From Phormidesmis sp. (GTDB lineage: Bacteria > Cyanobacteriota > Cyanobacteriia > Leptolyngbyales > Leptolyngbyaceae): a stretch of DNA of 64,000 bases. Below are positions 1-10,943 of the stretch, piece after piece. The first letter of the stretch is position 1. The number at the start of each line of letters is the position of its first letter. Location of the stretch: contig CBDFJR010000002.1 in NCBI GenBank assembly GCA_965248535.1, forward strand, positions 2,176,001-2,240,000. Direction: 5' to 3'. Under the pieces are notes generated by a model. That model was not told where the DNA came from. It saw only the letters and a list, made by a program, of their open reading frames with translations, and did not search any database. Position numbers and translations under genes: made by a program.

Positions 1-2
1 GT

Positions 3-356
3 TTGGTTAGCGATGCTATTCTCTATGCAGCCGAACATCCCATTCGTGACTATATTGTTAGTGATGTGGGTCGCGTTTTAGATATTGCTCAAAGAATTTC
101 ACCCGGACTTGTCGATACATTGCTATTAGCAATCGGGTTTCCATTGCAAAAAACCGATGAGCCAAAGTCTGAAGACGCTCCCAATAATCTGTATGAGCCA
201 ATTCAAGGCTATGACAGAGTGAATGGCGATTTTGATCACCTAGAGATTCCCAGCATCACTGACCTACTGGATAAGGGCCCGTCCTTGGCGATCGGGGCGT
301 TCACCGTCGCCGCCTTGGGATTTGCTGCCCTAATGGGCAGATTTAACGATCGCTAG
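3..356 (+). CDS. C-terminal part of a probable SDR-family oxidoreductase (5' end outside window)
   Basis: ORF open at window edge; VSDAILYAAEHP.RD and NNLYEP..G..RV.GDF resemble C-terminal extensions of long bacterial SDRs. Confidence 0.55.
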   Translation: MVSDAILYAAEHPIRDYIVSDVGRVLDIAQRISPGLVDTLLLAIGFPLQKTDEPKSEDAPNNLYEPIQGYDRVNGDFDHLEIPSITDLLDKGPSLAIGAFTVAALGFAALMGRFNDR

Positions 357-1927
357 CCAGGCCCAATTAAAAACTCTGGCAGTGCCCGATCGTGCCACTC
401 TCCTTGCAGCCATTCCGACACAAACGGACGAATCAGAAACTTTACAGGTTCTCCGGCCTGCACATCGATTCTCAAAAATGAGTAAGGGCGGTGCTTGTAA
501 GAGCCTCTGCCCTCACGCCCCACAAATAGCTGCGATTTAGCAACCAAAACGTCTTCTTTGCCGTCTAGCGACTCGGTTAACTCGGCTCCTTCTCCTCTTT
601 GACGGCGCAAACTGTAGCCACTGCCGCCGCAGACAATCCAATTTGTGTGAGCATCACCATGCCCGGTGTCGGTCGATCGCAAATATTCTAAGCAGTGAGC
701 ATGACCATTGAGAACCAGATCGACGATCGGGCGGCCTTTCGTCAAAACCCCGACGGCTTGAGCCACCTCATCTAAGACGTGTCGCAGTCTTCGCCGCACC
801 GCCAGCGTCTGCGCTTGATGCCATTTAGTCGCCTCAGTCACATAGGGCGGATGGTGAAAAAACAGCACTCTGCCTCTTACCCCTGCTGTTTGCCAGGATT
901 GAATTAAACGATCGCGCAGCCATTCCAACTGGGCAACGTCTGCGATCGCGCTTTCATCTACATTCAGTTGCTTATCGATGTCTCGCTGCATTTCCTCAAG
1001 TTGTTCTAACTTGACCCGAATATCATCCATCTGCTCGGCATCTTGAGGTTGATCAGGGTTGAGAGTTTCTGATTGCCCTAGCAACTGCTGCATCTCTCGC
1101 TCTAGGGCTGCATATTGGGCTTCTAAGGTTCGGCGATAGGCTCGTCCTTCCGAGGTTTTGGGCAACGGTGTCGGCCCGTTAAACGTGTTGGAATCCAAGG
1201 CAAAAAAATCAACGCCGCCACTGCGAAACGTGTAATAACGGTTGGGTAAGCGGGTGAATTTTCCAGGTTCATAGCGCAGACATCGCCCTGTGTCTGTCTC
1301 AGCCGTGTAGTGACGATCGAGGTGCTCTCCTAGCCCGCCGCGCATCTCAACCGATCGCAGCACATCGAGAAATGCCTGAGCATAAGCCCGGCCCTGAAAC
1401 GAACCGTGCCAGCCGATATCAAAATCCAGTTTCGATCGCAGCAATCGCCGAATCGGATAGGTTAGCTGCATGGCCAACCCATAGGCAAAGGGCAGATCGT
1501 AGTAGTCATGGTTTCCTGGCACCGCCAAAAATGGCAGATTAAACACCATCTGATCATGGGAAATCTGGTTATAGCGCTCACCGCCGACGATGAATTCTCG
1601 ATAGGGCTTGATGAAATTTTTGAGATAAAACTCGCTAGAGCCAACCAGATAAATCACGTCGCCTGTGTGCAAGATAAAGCGAGAATCTTGGCGATGGTTG
1701 AGCATCTGCTGGGCAATCTGCCGTTGAGGGCTGTGACCTCGATGTTGCCCAGAGCCGCTATCGCCAATCACCAAAAACGAAAACTCTGGGGTGTCTGGTT
1801 GCCCATCGGCTAAGACGAGCCGAGTTTGATCAATGCCCCGATCGAGGATTGCGCTCGATCGCCACCGCACCCGCTCCTCCATTTTTTGAATCTTGACCGC
1901 GATCGTAGGATCAGACACAAATTGCAT
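353..1927 (-). CDS. Calcineurin-like metallophosphoesterase
   Basis: Motifs GDSG, HTGDVIY, PGNHDY, FHHPPY, GHAH. Confidence 0.85.
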   Translation of the reverse strand: MQFVSDPTIAVKIQKMEERVRWRSSAILDRGIDQTRLVLADGQPDTPEFSFLVIGDSGSGQHRGHSPQRQIAQQMLNHRQDSRFILHTGDVIYLVGSSEFYLKNFIKPYREFIVGGERYNQISHDQMVFNLPFLAVPGNHDYYDLPFAYGLAMQLTYPIRRLLRSKLDFDIGWHGSFQGRAYAQAFLDVLRSVEMRGGLGEHLDRHYTAETDTGRCLRYEPGKFTRLPNRYYTFRSGGVDFFALDSNTFNGPTPLPKTSEGRAYRRTLEAQYAALEREMQQLLGQSETLNPDQPQDAEQMDDIRVKLEQLEEMQRDIDKQLNVDESAIADVAQLEWLRDRLIQSWQTAGVRGRVLFFHHPPYVTEATKWHQAQTLAVRRRLRHVLDEVAQAVGVLTKGRPIVDLVLNGHAHCLEYLRSTDTGHGDAHTNWIVCGGSGYSLRRQRGEGAELTESLDGKEDVLVAKSQLFVGREGRGSYKHRPYSFLRIDVQAGEPVKFLIRPFVSEWLQGEWHDRALPEFLIGPG

Positions 1928-2297
1928 CGCTTCTTAACCCTGTATAAATTTCTATGGGCGATCGTAGTCGGACATCTGCCTCTATGGCCCTCTACTGTGG
2001 GCTAAACCTCGCACAACCTACCAGCAAAATTCTAGTGACCCGACTTGAAAGATTAAAGATTTAATAAATTCATTCCGTATATCAGGCTACATAAAAATGA
2101 TGAAGTGTTCTAGAAGTCAAGCCAGGACTCCGTTAAAAGTTTTATCTAACCCATAGATTAAGAATTGTACTAGGGTATACTGCTGAGGTCTCCATAAAAA
2201 TGTGTTTAGAGAAATCTAGACCTTCTTTAAACAGCCCCAGTGGGGTCTAAAGCTTTATGGGTCTTCTCAATCTAACGGTGTGAATACGGAAGTGATC

Positions 2298-4055
2298 ATG
2301 ATCAATAACTTAAAGTCGCTCTTTGCGACCCCAGCACTTTTGAGTGCTACTTTAACCGTGTCTGCGGCGATCGTAACGGCTGGCATCGCCAGTGCTGCTG
2401 ACGCACCCAAATCTCTCCAGACCGCTCAAGCTACCCCTGCTTCGACCAGCGTTGCCTCTCTCGATCAAGTCAAGGCTTATGGAAGCGAAGGTGCTAGCGC
2501 CGACGTTGGCCAAGTCACCTCGGTTTCTCAGCTTTCTGACGTGCGTCCAACTGACTGGGCGTTTCAAGCCCTGCAATCTCTCGTTGAGCGCTATGGCTGC
2601 ATCGCGGGCTACCCTGACAAAACCTATCGCGGCAACCGGGCCCTGACTCGCTATGAGTTTGCGGCTGGTTTGAATGCCTGCCTTGATCGGGTCAATGAGT
2701 TGATTGCGGCGGCAACGGCTGACCTGGTTAAAAAAGAAGACCTGGCAACCCTGCAAAAGCTGCAAGAAGAATTTGCGGCTGAATTGGCTACCTTGCGGGG
2801 TCGTGTTGATGCCTTAGAAGCTCGCACGACTACCCTTGAAAAGCAGCAATTCTCCACCACCACCAAGCTCAGAGGAGAAGTGATCTTCTCGGTTTCGGGT
2901 GCTTTGGGCGATGCTAAAGCGATCGGGTCTGTTCAACAAAGAGCGATTGACGCACTCCCAGCAGGAGCCGTCAGAGACGCGGCAAATAACGCGGCTCGCA
3001 ACAATCGAGTTGATGAAAACACCACCTTTAGCGATCGGGTTCGTCTTAGCCTTGTCACTAGCTTCACAGGCAAAGACTCCCTCTTGACCCGTCTGCAAGC
3101 GCGCAACATCACTGCTTTTGCAGATGCTACGGGCACCAACATGGCGCGTCTGTCTTATGAAGGCAGCAGTCCTGCTGGCACGGCTGCTAACAACTCATTG
3201 GCTGTAGACAAACTCTACTATCGCTTCCCGATCGGGGCAGGCACCGTGACGGTTGACGCAGTTGGGGGCGAGTTCTACAACAACGTGCCTAACTTTAACC
3301 CTCTACTTGCCAGCGATGGGCAGGGTTCAATTTCACGCTTTGGTCGATTCAACCCAACCTATCGTCAAGGCAACAGCAACAGCGGCAGTGGCTCTGGTGC
3401 GACGTTGAACTATCCGTTTGGCAAAGCGCTCACAGTGTCTTTGGGCTACCTGGCTGACAACGCCTCTGACCCCACTTCTGGAAGAGGTCTGTTTAACGGA
3501 TCTAATGCTGCTCTGGCTCAAGTGGCTTTCAAACCCACCCCGGCTGTTGACTTGGGTCTGACCTATGTTCGTGGTTACGATCGTGGTGGCAACGTTGCCG
3601 TCACCAGCGGCACGGGTAGCGCTCTGGCAAACCAGCCTTTTGGTGCAGGTGTTGCAACTTCTTCTGATCAATTTAACGTAGAAGCCGCTATTCGCCTCAC
3701 TCCTGGACTGACGCTGGCAGGCTGGGGTGGCTACACCAAAGCTCACCTCGAAAGCAAGGTGGCCAGCGCCGATGCCGACATCTGGAACTGGGCCGTCACG
3801 CTGGCCTTCCCTGACTTGGGTAAGAAGGGCAACTTGGCTGGAATCGTGTTTGGGCAGCCTCCTAAAGTCACCAGCAACGATATCGCAGGCCGCGAAGACC
3901 GGAACACCTCGTTCCACCTCGAAGGTCTCTATCGCTATCAGTTGAGCAACAACATCTCGATTACGCCGGGCATCATTGTGATCTTTAACCCAGAGAACAA
4001 TAACGTCAACGATACCGTATACGTGGGCACCGTTCGGACGACCTTCACGTTTTAA
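2298..4055 (+). CDS. Cyanobacterial outer-membrane porin (SLH domain + OprB-type beta-barrel)
   Basis: Signal-like N-terminus, QVTSVSQLSDVRPTDWAFQALQSLVERYGC SLH motif, FSTTTKL.GE barrel start, terminal RTTFTF; alternative GTG start 2280. Confidence 0.92.
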   Translation: MINNLKSLFATPALLSATLTVSAAIVTAGIASAADAPKSLQTAQATPASTSVASLDQVKAYGSEGASADVGQVTSVSQLSDVRPTDWAFQALQSLVERYGCIAGYPDKTYRGNRALTRYEFAAGLNACLDRVNELIAAATADLVKKEDLATLQKLQEEFAAELATLRGRVDALEARTTTLEKQQFSTTTKLRGEVIFSVSGALGDAKAIGSVQQRAIDALPAGAVRDAANNAARNNRVDENTTFSDRVRLSLVTSFTGKDSLLTRLQARNITAFADATGTNMARLSYEGSSPAGTAANNSLAVDKLYYRFPIGAGTVTVDAVGGEFYNNVPNFNPLLASDGQGSISRFGRFNPTYRQGNSNSGSGSGATLNYPFGKALTVSLGYLADNASDPTSGRGLFNGSNAALAQVAFKPTPAVDLGLTYVRGYDRGGNVAVTSGTGSALANQPFGAGVATSSDQFNVEAAIRLTPGLTLAGWGGYTKAHLESKVASADADIWNWAVTLAFPDLGKKGNLAGIVFGQPPKVTSNDIAGREDRNTSFHLEGLYRYQLSNNISITPGIIVIFNPENNNVNDTVYVGTVRTTFTF

Positions 4056-4084
4056 GCCCTTGAGTTAAATCAAGGTTTAAGTCT

Positions 4085-4111
4085 AAGCCCTGCCTCGTGC
4101 GGGGCTTTTTT
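4085..4111 (+). terminator. Rho-independent terminator of porin gene
   Basis: AAGCCCTGC-CTCGT-GCGGGGCTT followed by T run. Confidence 0.85.
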
Positions 4112-4131
4112 GGGGTTTGCAAATCTACTAA

Positions 4132-4157
4132 ACCCCAGTGGAAAACCGGGGTATACT
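4132..4157 (+). promoter_or_regulatory. Imperfect palindrome overlapping a TATACT -10 box; candidate Rrf2 operator
   Basis: ACCCCAGT-GGAAA-ACCGGGGT then TATACT (4152-4157), just upstream of the Rrf2-cysK operon. Confidence 0.4.
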
Positions 4158-4200
4158 TAAAAAGTTGGTCTTTCCAACGGAACCGCTCTCCTACCCTGTG

Positions 4201-4656
4201 ATGTCATCCGTGGAACTTTCTTGCAAGAGCGAGTATGCCCTTCTAGCCTTGATAGAATTGGCGGCTCATTATGATACGGGCGAACCTCTGCAAATTCGGC
4301 AGATTTCAGCCCAACAAAATATTCCCGATCGCTACCTTGAACAACTGCTGGCAACCCTCAGACGCGGCGGCATCATTCGCTCTCAGCGAGGGGCAAAAGG
4401 CGGCTATACCCTGGCTCGTGAACCCTGGAAAATCAACATCTTAGACGTGATCATTTGTCTAGACGGGTTAGAAACCCAGCCTAAAGAGCCAGATAACGAC
4501 CCTCGACATGATAAAACGATCGAAGGGGCCGTTATTCTTGAAATGTGGCAAGAAGCCCATCATGCCGCCAACGCAATTCTGCAAAAATATACGCTGCAAG
4601 ATCTGCGCGATCGCCGCGATTCTAGACAGCAACTCGATTTTATGTATTACATCTAA
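4201..4656 (+). CDS. Rrf2-family transcriptional regulator (CymR-like, cysteine metabolism)
   Basis: KSEYALLAL...IPDRYLEQLL..LRR.G...SQRGAKGGY; lacks the IscR three-Cys cluster; adjacent to cysK. Confidence 0.9.
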   Translation: MSSVELSCKSEYALLALIELAAHYDTGEPLQIRQISAQQNIPDRYLEQLLATLRRGGIIRSQRGAKGGYTLAREPWKINILDVIICLDGLETQPKEPDNDPRHDKTIEGAVILEMWQEAHHAANAILQKYTLQDLRDRRDSRQQLDFMYYI

Positions 4657-4668
4657 CTCCTTCTCGCC

Positions 4669-5628
4669 ATGCGTATTGCCCAAAACATTACTGAACTGAT
4701 TGGTCGCACTCCCCTCGTGCAGCTAAACCGGATTCCTCAAGCCGATGGCTGCGTTGCCCAAATTGTCGTCAAGCTAGAGGGCATGAATCCGTCTGCCTCA
4801 GTCAAAGACCGCATTGGCATCAGCATGATCAGCGCCGCCGAACGCGAGGGATTGATCCAACCCGGCAAAACGGTTTTGGTAGAGCCAACCTCAGGCAATA
4901 CGGGCATTGCTCTGGCGATGGCGGCGGCCGCTAAAGGCTATCGCTTGGTCTTGACCATGCCTGAAACCATGAGTTCTGAGCGGCGGGCGATGCTGCGGGC
5001 CTATGGGGCCGAGCTAGAGCTAACGCCGGGCATTGAGGGCATGGCGGGCTGCATTCAACGAGCGCAAAAAATCGTAGACTCAACGCCTCACGCCTATATG
5101 CTGCAACAGTTTCGCAACCCAGCTAACCCACAGGTGCATCGCGAAACCACTGCTGAAGAAATCTGGCAAGACACGGATGGGCAGGTGGATTTTGTGGTCG
5201 CGGGCATTGGCACGGGCGGCACGATCACGGGCGTGGCAGAGGTGCTAAAGCAGCGCAAGCCCTCGTTTCAAGCGATCGCGGTCGAGCCTACTACTAGCTC
5301 AGTTTTGTCGGGGGGTCGTCCGGGTGCTCACAAGATTCAAGGCATTGGAGCGGGCTTTATTCCTCCAGTCTTGAACGTGAGCTTGATTGACGAAGTGATT
5401 GCTGTGAGCGATGACGAAGCGATCGCTTATGGTCGTCGTCTGGCCCGTGAAGAAGGATTGCTCTCTGGCATCTCTAGCGGGGCGGCGCTGAAGGCAGCGA
5501 TCGTGGTGGGCAAGCGTCTCGAAAATGCCGGAAAGCTGATCGTGATGATTCAGCCCAGCTTTGGCGAGCGCTATCTCAGCACGGCCCTATTCCAAGATCC
5601 AGAACTGACTCTATCGAGAGAAGGTTAA
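4669..5628 (+). CDS. cysK: Cysteine synthase A
   Basis: [14 protein letters not shown] lysine, [32 protein letters not shown]. Confidence 0.96.
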   Translation: MRIAQNITELIGRTPLVQLNRIPQADGCVAQIVVKLEGMNPSASVKDRIGISMISAAEREGLIQPGKTVLVEPTSGNTGIALAMAAAAKGYRLVLTMPETMSSERRAMLRAYGAELELTPGIEGMAGCIQRAQKIVDSTPHAYMLQQFRNPANPQVHRETTAEEIWQDTDGQVDFVVAGIGTGGTITGVAEVLKQRKPSFQAIAVEPTTSSVLSGGRPGAHKIQGIGAGFIPPVLNVSLIDEVIAVSDDEAIAYGRRLAREEGLLSGISSGAALKAAIVVGKRLENAGKLIVMIQPSFGERYLSTALFQDPELTLSREG

Positions 5629-5706
5629 AGAAGTCATGCAGGCTAAAGGGGAAATTTCTGGCTTTTTGCCCTTCACCGTTGACCCTCAGCCTTTTAAAAT
5701 GGCAAT

Positions 5707-6432
5707 ATGCCCCATTCTTCTAGCTACTACCAAACTTTAGACGTTGAACCCACCGCAACCCAGGCAGACATCAAGAAAGCCTATCGGCGGATGGCCAAGC
5801 TATTTCACCCCGATGTCAATCAAGACGCAGCCAATCACGACAAAATCACCCGCATCAACCAGGCTTATGAAGTGTTGGGCGATCCCCAAAGTCGCCGCTC
5901 TTATGATCATCAGCTTCAATATACGCTAGACCTAGAATCAGAGGGTGTGGCGGGCGAGAGCGCTAGCGATCGCCAAAAGCGCACCGCCGCCGCCCAAGAA
6001 CTCTATCGTCAACAGCGCCAGTCTGAGCAAGACGTTGATAGTCAACTCAAGCTGTGGCTGAATCGCGTTTATACGCCGATCAATCGGCAGCTAAATTTGA
6101 TCTTGCGGCCCTTTAAGGCTCAGATGAAAGAGCTTTCGGCTGACCCGTTTGATGATCAGTTGATGGAGGCGTTTCAGGCTTACATCGAAGATTGTCACAA
6201 GGCTTTGAGCAAAGCTCAGACGGTTTTGCGGTCTTTGCCTAATCCGGCGATCGCGGCCCGGGCCGCAGCTAATCTTTATCATTGCCTCAATCAAGTTTCT
6301 GATGGCATTGAGGAACTAGAATATTTCACGAATAATTACGACGATCGTCATCTCCATACCGGGCAAGAGCTATTTAGAATCGCTGAACGACTGCGGCGAG
6401 ATGCTTTGGCAGATGTGCGAGAACTGCGGTAG
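5707..6432 (+). CDS. J-domain (DnaJ-like) protein
   Basis: YY..L.V...A...DIKKAYR.MA..FHPD N-terminal J domain. Confidence 0.88.
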   Translation: MPHSSSYYQTLDVEPTATQADIKKAYRRMAKLFHPDVNQDAANHDKITRINQAYEVLGDPQSRRSYDHQLQYTLDLESEGVAGESASDRQKRTAAAQELYRQQRQSEQDVDSQLKLWLNRVYTPINRQLNLILRPFKAQMKELSADPFDDQLMEAFQAYIEDCHKALSKAQTVLRSLPNPAIAARAAANLYHCLNQVSDGIEELEYFTNNYDDRHLHTGQELFRIAERLRRDALADVRELR

Positions 6433-6472
6433 GACGGTGAGTTAAAGCCTGTCTGTTGCTTGCAGGGTCAAT

Positions 6473-6497
6473 GGGCACGGCGGTGCCATGCCCGTAC
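6473..6497 (-). repeat. REP-like palindrome, single copy
   Basis: GGGCACGGCGGTGCCATGCCCGTAC; reverse complement of the array unit core at 10630-10888. Confidence 0.8.
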
Positions 6498-6710
6498 ATA
6501 AATTGGGATCTTGGTTAAATCGACTACCGAAAGTTTTGCTTAACCAGGTTAACATTTGGTTAACTAGTCGTTAAAATAGAAAAGTTTCTTGCGGGCTGCA
6601 AGCCGCTGCGATCAAACCGTGAAGACTTCTAAAACCAGAAGTTTTGCGAAATCTAATCACGCTGGAGAAGGGAACTCTACAAGAACGCTTTTCTGATAAG
6701 GAGATAGAAA

Positions 6711-6971
6711 ATGACCGATCAATTTGACTTTTTGCACCCTCGTAGCCGCTATCGGGGCGAGGTCAAGCCCGAAAACCTGGTTTTTAATGCGAACCTACAG
6801 GAGTTTTCTCAACGCATCACCTATATTTGTTGCTTAGAAACTGGCGGCAAACTGACTCCCGCAGAGTCTTATCGAGAGATTAAATCGCTGTGGAAACAAC
6901 TCAAGCGCAGCAAAAAGCAGTTAGGGATTGGCAGCAACCCCACTCAGGAAAGAGGCGATGGGGCGACCTAA
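6711..6971 (+). CDS. Small conserved cyanobacterial hypothetical protein
   Basis: RBS AGGAGA; FL.PRS.YRG...PENL.FNANLQEF.QR...IC.LET.GK motif typical of a cyanobacterial family. Confidence 0.75.
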   Translation: MTDQFDFLHPRSRYRGEVKPENLVFNANLQEFSQRITYICCLETGGKLTPAESYREIKSLWKQLKRSKKQLGIGSNPTQERGDGAT

Positions 6972-6992
6972 ACGGATCTCAGGCTATCGAAA

Positions 6993-8126
6993 TTAGGCGG
7001 CGGTTGAGAGCGATCGACTCGCGACAACCCGCCGATAATAGCTTTGCAGTTGGCGGGTTGCGGCTGACCAACTCCAGCGCTCTGCCTCTTGGCGCGCATT
7101 GCGGCGCAGGGTTTCACGCTCTTCTGGGCTAGACAGCAGGCGTTGAGTAGCGGCGATCGCGCCCCGATCGTCCGTTGGGTCAAACAGATAGCCGTTGACT
7201 CCATCTTCTACAATGTCAGGAATGCCGCCCGATCGGGCCGCCACCACGGGGCACCCTGCGGCCATCGCTTCTAGCAAGACTAACCCTAAGGTCTCGGTGC
7301 GCGACGGAAAGACGAAAGCATCCGCCGAGGCAAAGGCAGCCGCCAACTCTTGACCGCCCAGATAGCCCACAAAATGAGTCCGAGTCTCGGCAAAATATTT
7401 TTCTAAGGTTTGGCGATTAGGGCCGTCACCCACGAGAGCCAGTCTAGCGTTGGGAATGGCTTCTAAAATGGGCTTGATGCGCTCGATTTCTTTTTCGGCA
7501 CCGAGGCGACCGACGTAGAGCAAAAGCGGATCTTCGGGGTGCCCCTGACTGAGGCGATCGCGCATTTCTAGACTTGCGAGATCGGGCTGAAAGGTTTCGG
7601 TGTCAACGCCGCGCTGCCAGAGGTCAACTCGCTCGATGCCATGCTCAGTCAGGGTTTGCACCATAGCAGTTGAGGTGCACAAGTTGAGCGCTGCCTGATT
7701 ATGTCCGGCTTTGAGCAACTCCCAGAGCAACCCTTCTAAGGCTCCTAACCCATAGTGTTGAAGATATTCGGGCAGGTGAGTGTGGTAGGAGGCCAGGATC
7801 GGAATATTGAGGGTTTTGCCATAAAACAGCCCGGCTAGACCCAGAATCGCCGGATTGACGACATGAATAATATCGGGGTCAAAGCGCGAAAGTTCTTCGC
7901 CGATCGCGGGGCGAGGCAGCGCCAGCTTTAACTCTGGATACATCGGTAATGGAAACCCAGACACCCCGTAAATCTTGGCTCCTTTGTGCTCGGTCAAACC
8001 GCCATCGGGGGAGAAGATCAACACGTCGTCTCCCAGGCGTTGAAGATGGTCAACGGTGTGGCGCAATCGGGTCACAATGCCGTCAACTTTGGGCAAAAAC
8101 GTCTCAGTGAATAGAGCGATTCGCAT
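6993..8126 (-). CDS. sqdX: Sulfoquinovosyldiacylglycerol synthase (GT4 glycosyltransferase)
   Basis: MRIALFTETFLPKVDGIVTRL; FPSRTETLGLVLLEAMAAG; downstream of sqdB. Confidence 0.9.
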   Translation of the reverse strand: MRIALFTETFLPKVDGIVTRLRHTVDHLQRLGDDVLIFSPDGGLTEHKGAKIYGVSGFPLPMYPELKLALPRPAIGEELSRFDPDIIHVVNPAILGLAGLFYGKTLNIPILASYHTHLPEYLQHYGLGALEGLLWELLKAGHNQAALNLCTSTAMVQTLTEHGIERVDLWQRGVDTETFQPDLASLEMRDRLSQGHPEDPLLLYVGRLGAEKEIERIKPILEAIPNARLALVGDGPNRQTLEKYFAETRTHFVGYLGGQELAAAFASADAFVFPSRTETLGLVLLEAMAAGCPVVAARSGGIPDIVEDGVNGYLFDPTDDRGAIAATQRLLSSPEERETLRRNARQEAERWSWSAATRQLQSYYRRVVASRSLSTAA

Positions 8127-8168
8127 AAGCAGTGAAATGAACACTATAAAATAGCTATCGGACGCGGA

Positions 8169-8453
8169 TCAATCTTTAGGCACGGTGCAGATTCCATGAA
8201 TTCCGATCGCGACGATCACCCCTCCTAATAAAACCCCAATGCCTTCAGCAAAGCAGTTGAGTCGATGCCGCATTTCTGCTGACTCGGCGATCGTCAGATC
8301 TCGTAAACTGGCGTTGGCTGCTGCCAGTTTTGCATAGTTTTGGTGACTCTTATCGAGCGCTGCCCAATCGGGAAACAGGAAGAAGCCGCTAATTAAAACA
8401 GCACCTAAGCCCGGCGCGATCGTGAAGGTTAACAAGACCAAAACTCGATTCAT
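8169..8453 (-). CDS. Small membrane protein, hypothetical
   Basis: 94 aa ORF with two hydrophobic segments between sqdB and sqdX. Confidence 0.65.
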   Translation of the reverse strand: MNRVLVLLTFTIAPGLGAVLISGFFLFPDWAALDKSHQNYAKLAAANASLRDLTIAESAEMRHRLNCFAEGIGVLLGGVIVAIGIHGICTVPKD

Positions 8454-8469
8454 AAACCGATGGGGTAAT

Positions 8470-9699
<1,230 letters not shown>

Positions 9700-9857
9700 T
9701 TAGGATTTGGATGACAGAGACTAGGTTTCAGGAGTTGATGGGACAAACTATCTCAAGGAATAATTTGTTCTTAATCTGGGCATTACCTGTTGCTAACGTG
9801 GCGATCGTGGGGCTTGGGGGAGGTAGTTTGGAACATTTCGTTAGTGGCGTGGATGCT

Positions 9858-9882
9858 GGGCACGGCGGTGCCATGCCCGTAC
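9858..9882 (-). repeat. REP-like palindrome, single copy
   Basis: Identical to 6473-6497; inverted relative to the array on the other side of cpcT. Confidence 0.8.
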
Positions 9883-9949
9883 GAGGGAGGAGTCTTCTGA
9901 GGGGATGTTAGGCTCTTGGGTCGATTTGGTTTTGCTGAATCTATGATCT

Positions 9950-10540
9950 CTAGACGGGGACTTCATCGGCAAAGCTGGCCCAGCGCACAAAGTCAAACGG
10001 CCCAGCGACAGAACCCCACACCAGTTCGTCGGTTTCAAGATCTCGGCCCCGATCGAGACTCAACAAGCGCTGATCATCGATCTCAAATTCGTTGTCTAAA
10101 TAGGTGCTCTGACCTTTGCGAACCACAACACAAGCTTTTCCTGGCTCTACTCGCCCTTTAAAGCTCTGTCCTGTCCATTCAACAATCATGCTACAGCCAG
10201 ACATTTTCTCAAGCTGGTCGATCGTCAGGGCTTGCAGCCGACTGATATCGCGAGATGCCCCATAAAATTTGGCTTCGTCGCGCACTTGGTAATGCTCGAT
10301 TTCAATATGTCCACCGTTTTCAACAAATTTGAGAACGCGCATCCGATAAGGGGTGTTGAGCATATAGTCATAAGCTTGCTCTAGAAAAAGACTGGCTCCT
10401 GACAGGAGCGCGATCGGCAATGGGCGCATACAAACTCGAATGTGAGCATAAAAAGGCGGATTTTCAAACGCTTGCGCTTGATTGCTAAAATCGGCTGACA
10501 TCAGGCGAAGCAGAGCGGCAATGTTGGTTGAATGGGTCAT
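9950..10540 (-). CDS. cpcT: Phycobiliprotein chromophore lyase, CpcT/CpeT family
   Basis: DFSNQAQAFENPPFYAHIRVC.RPLP...EQAYDY....PYR...DRG.D..T...VWGS..GPF. Confidence 0.88.
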   Translation of the reverse strand: MTHSTNIAALLRLMSADFSNQAQAFENPPFYAHIRVCMRPLPIALLSGASLFLEQAYDYMLNTPYRMRVLKFVENGGHIEIEHYQVRDEAKFYGASRDISRLQALTIDQLEKMSGCSMIVEWTGQSFKGRVEPGKACVVVRKGQSTYLDNEFEIDDQRLLSLDRGRDLETDELVWGSVAGPFDFVRWASFADEVPV

Positions 10541-10629
10541 GAATTCAAATCGGGTGACTAAATAAAAAGGTTAGATCAAACTAAAGATAAGTCTACCTAA
10601 GAGCCTGACACGACCCAGAAAAAACCCTC

Positions 10630-10888
10630 GTAAGGGCATGGCACCGCCGTGCCCAGTGTCTACGTGGCTAACCGATATCACTGTAAGGGCATGGCACCGC
10701 CGTGCCCAGTGTCTACGCAGCTAACCGATATCACCGTAAGGGCATGGCACCGCCGTGCCCAGTGTCTACGTGGCTAACCGATATCACTGTAAGGGCGTGG
10801 CACCGCCGTGCCCAGTGTCTACGTGGCTCATCACTGTAAGGGCATGGCACCGCCGTGCCCAGTGTCTACGTGGCTAACCGATATCACT
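10630..10888 (+). repeat. Tandem array of five REP-containing units (53, 53, 53, 47, 53 bp)
   Basis: Unit GTAAGGGCATGGCACCGCCGTGCCCAGTGTCTACGTGGCTAACCGATATCACT starts at 10630, 10683, 10736, 10789, 10836. Confidence 0.95.
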
Positions 10889-10943
10889 CAGTCCACAATT
10901 CTAAGCATTCTAAAGCTTGAAATTTGGAATGACTTCTTTCCGT

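Noticed and set aside
10630..10888. CRISPR array
   Set aside because: Sequences between the palindromes are near-identical rather than unique spacers, and there are no cas genes in the window.
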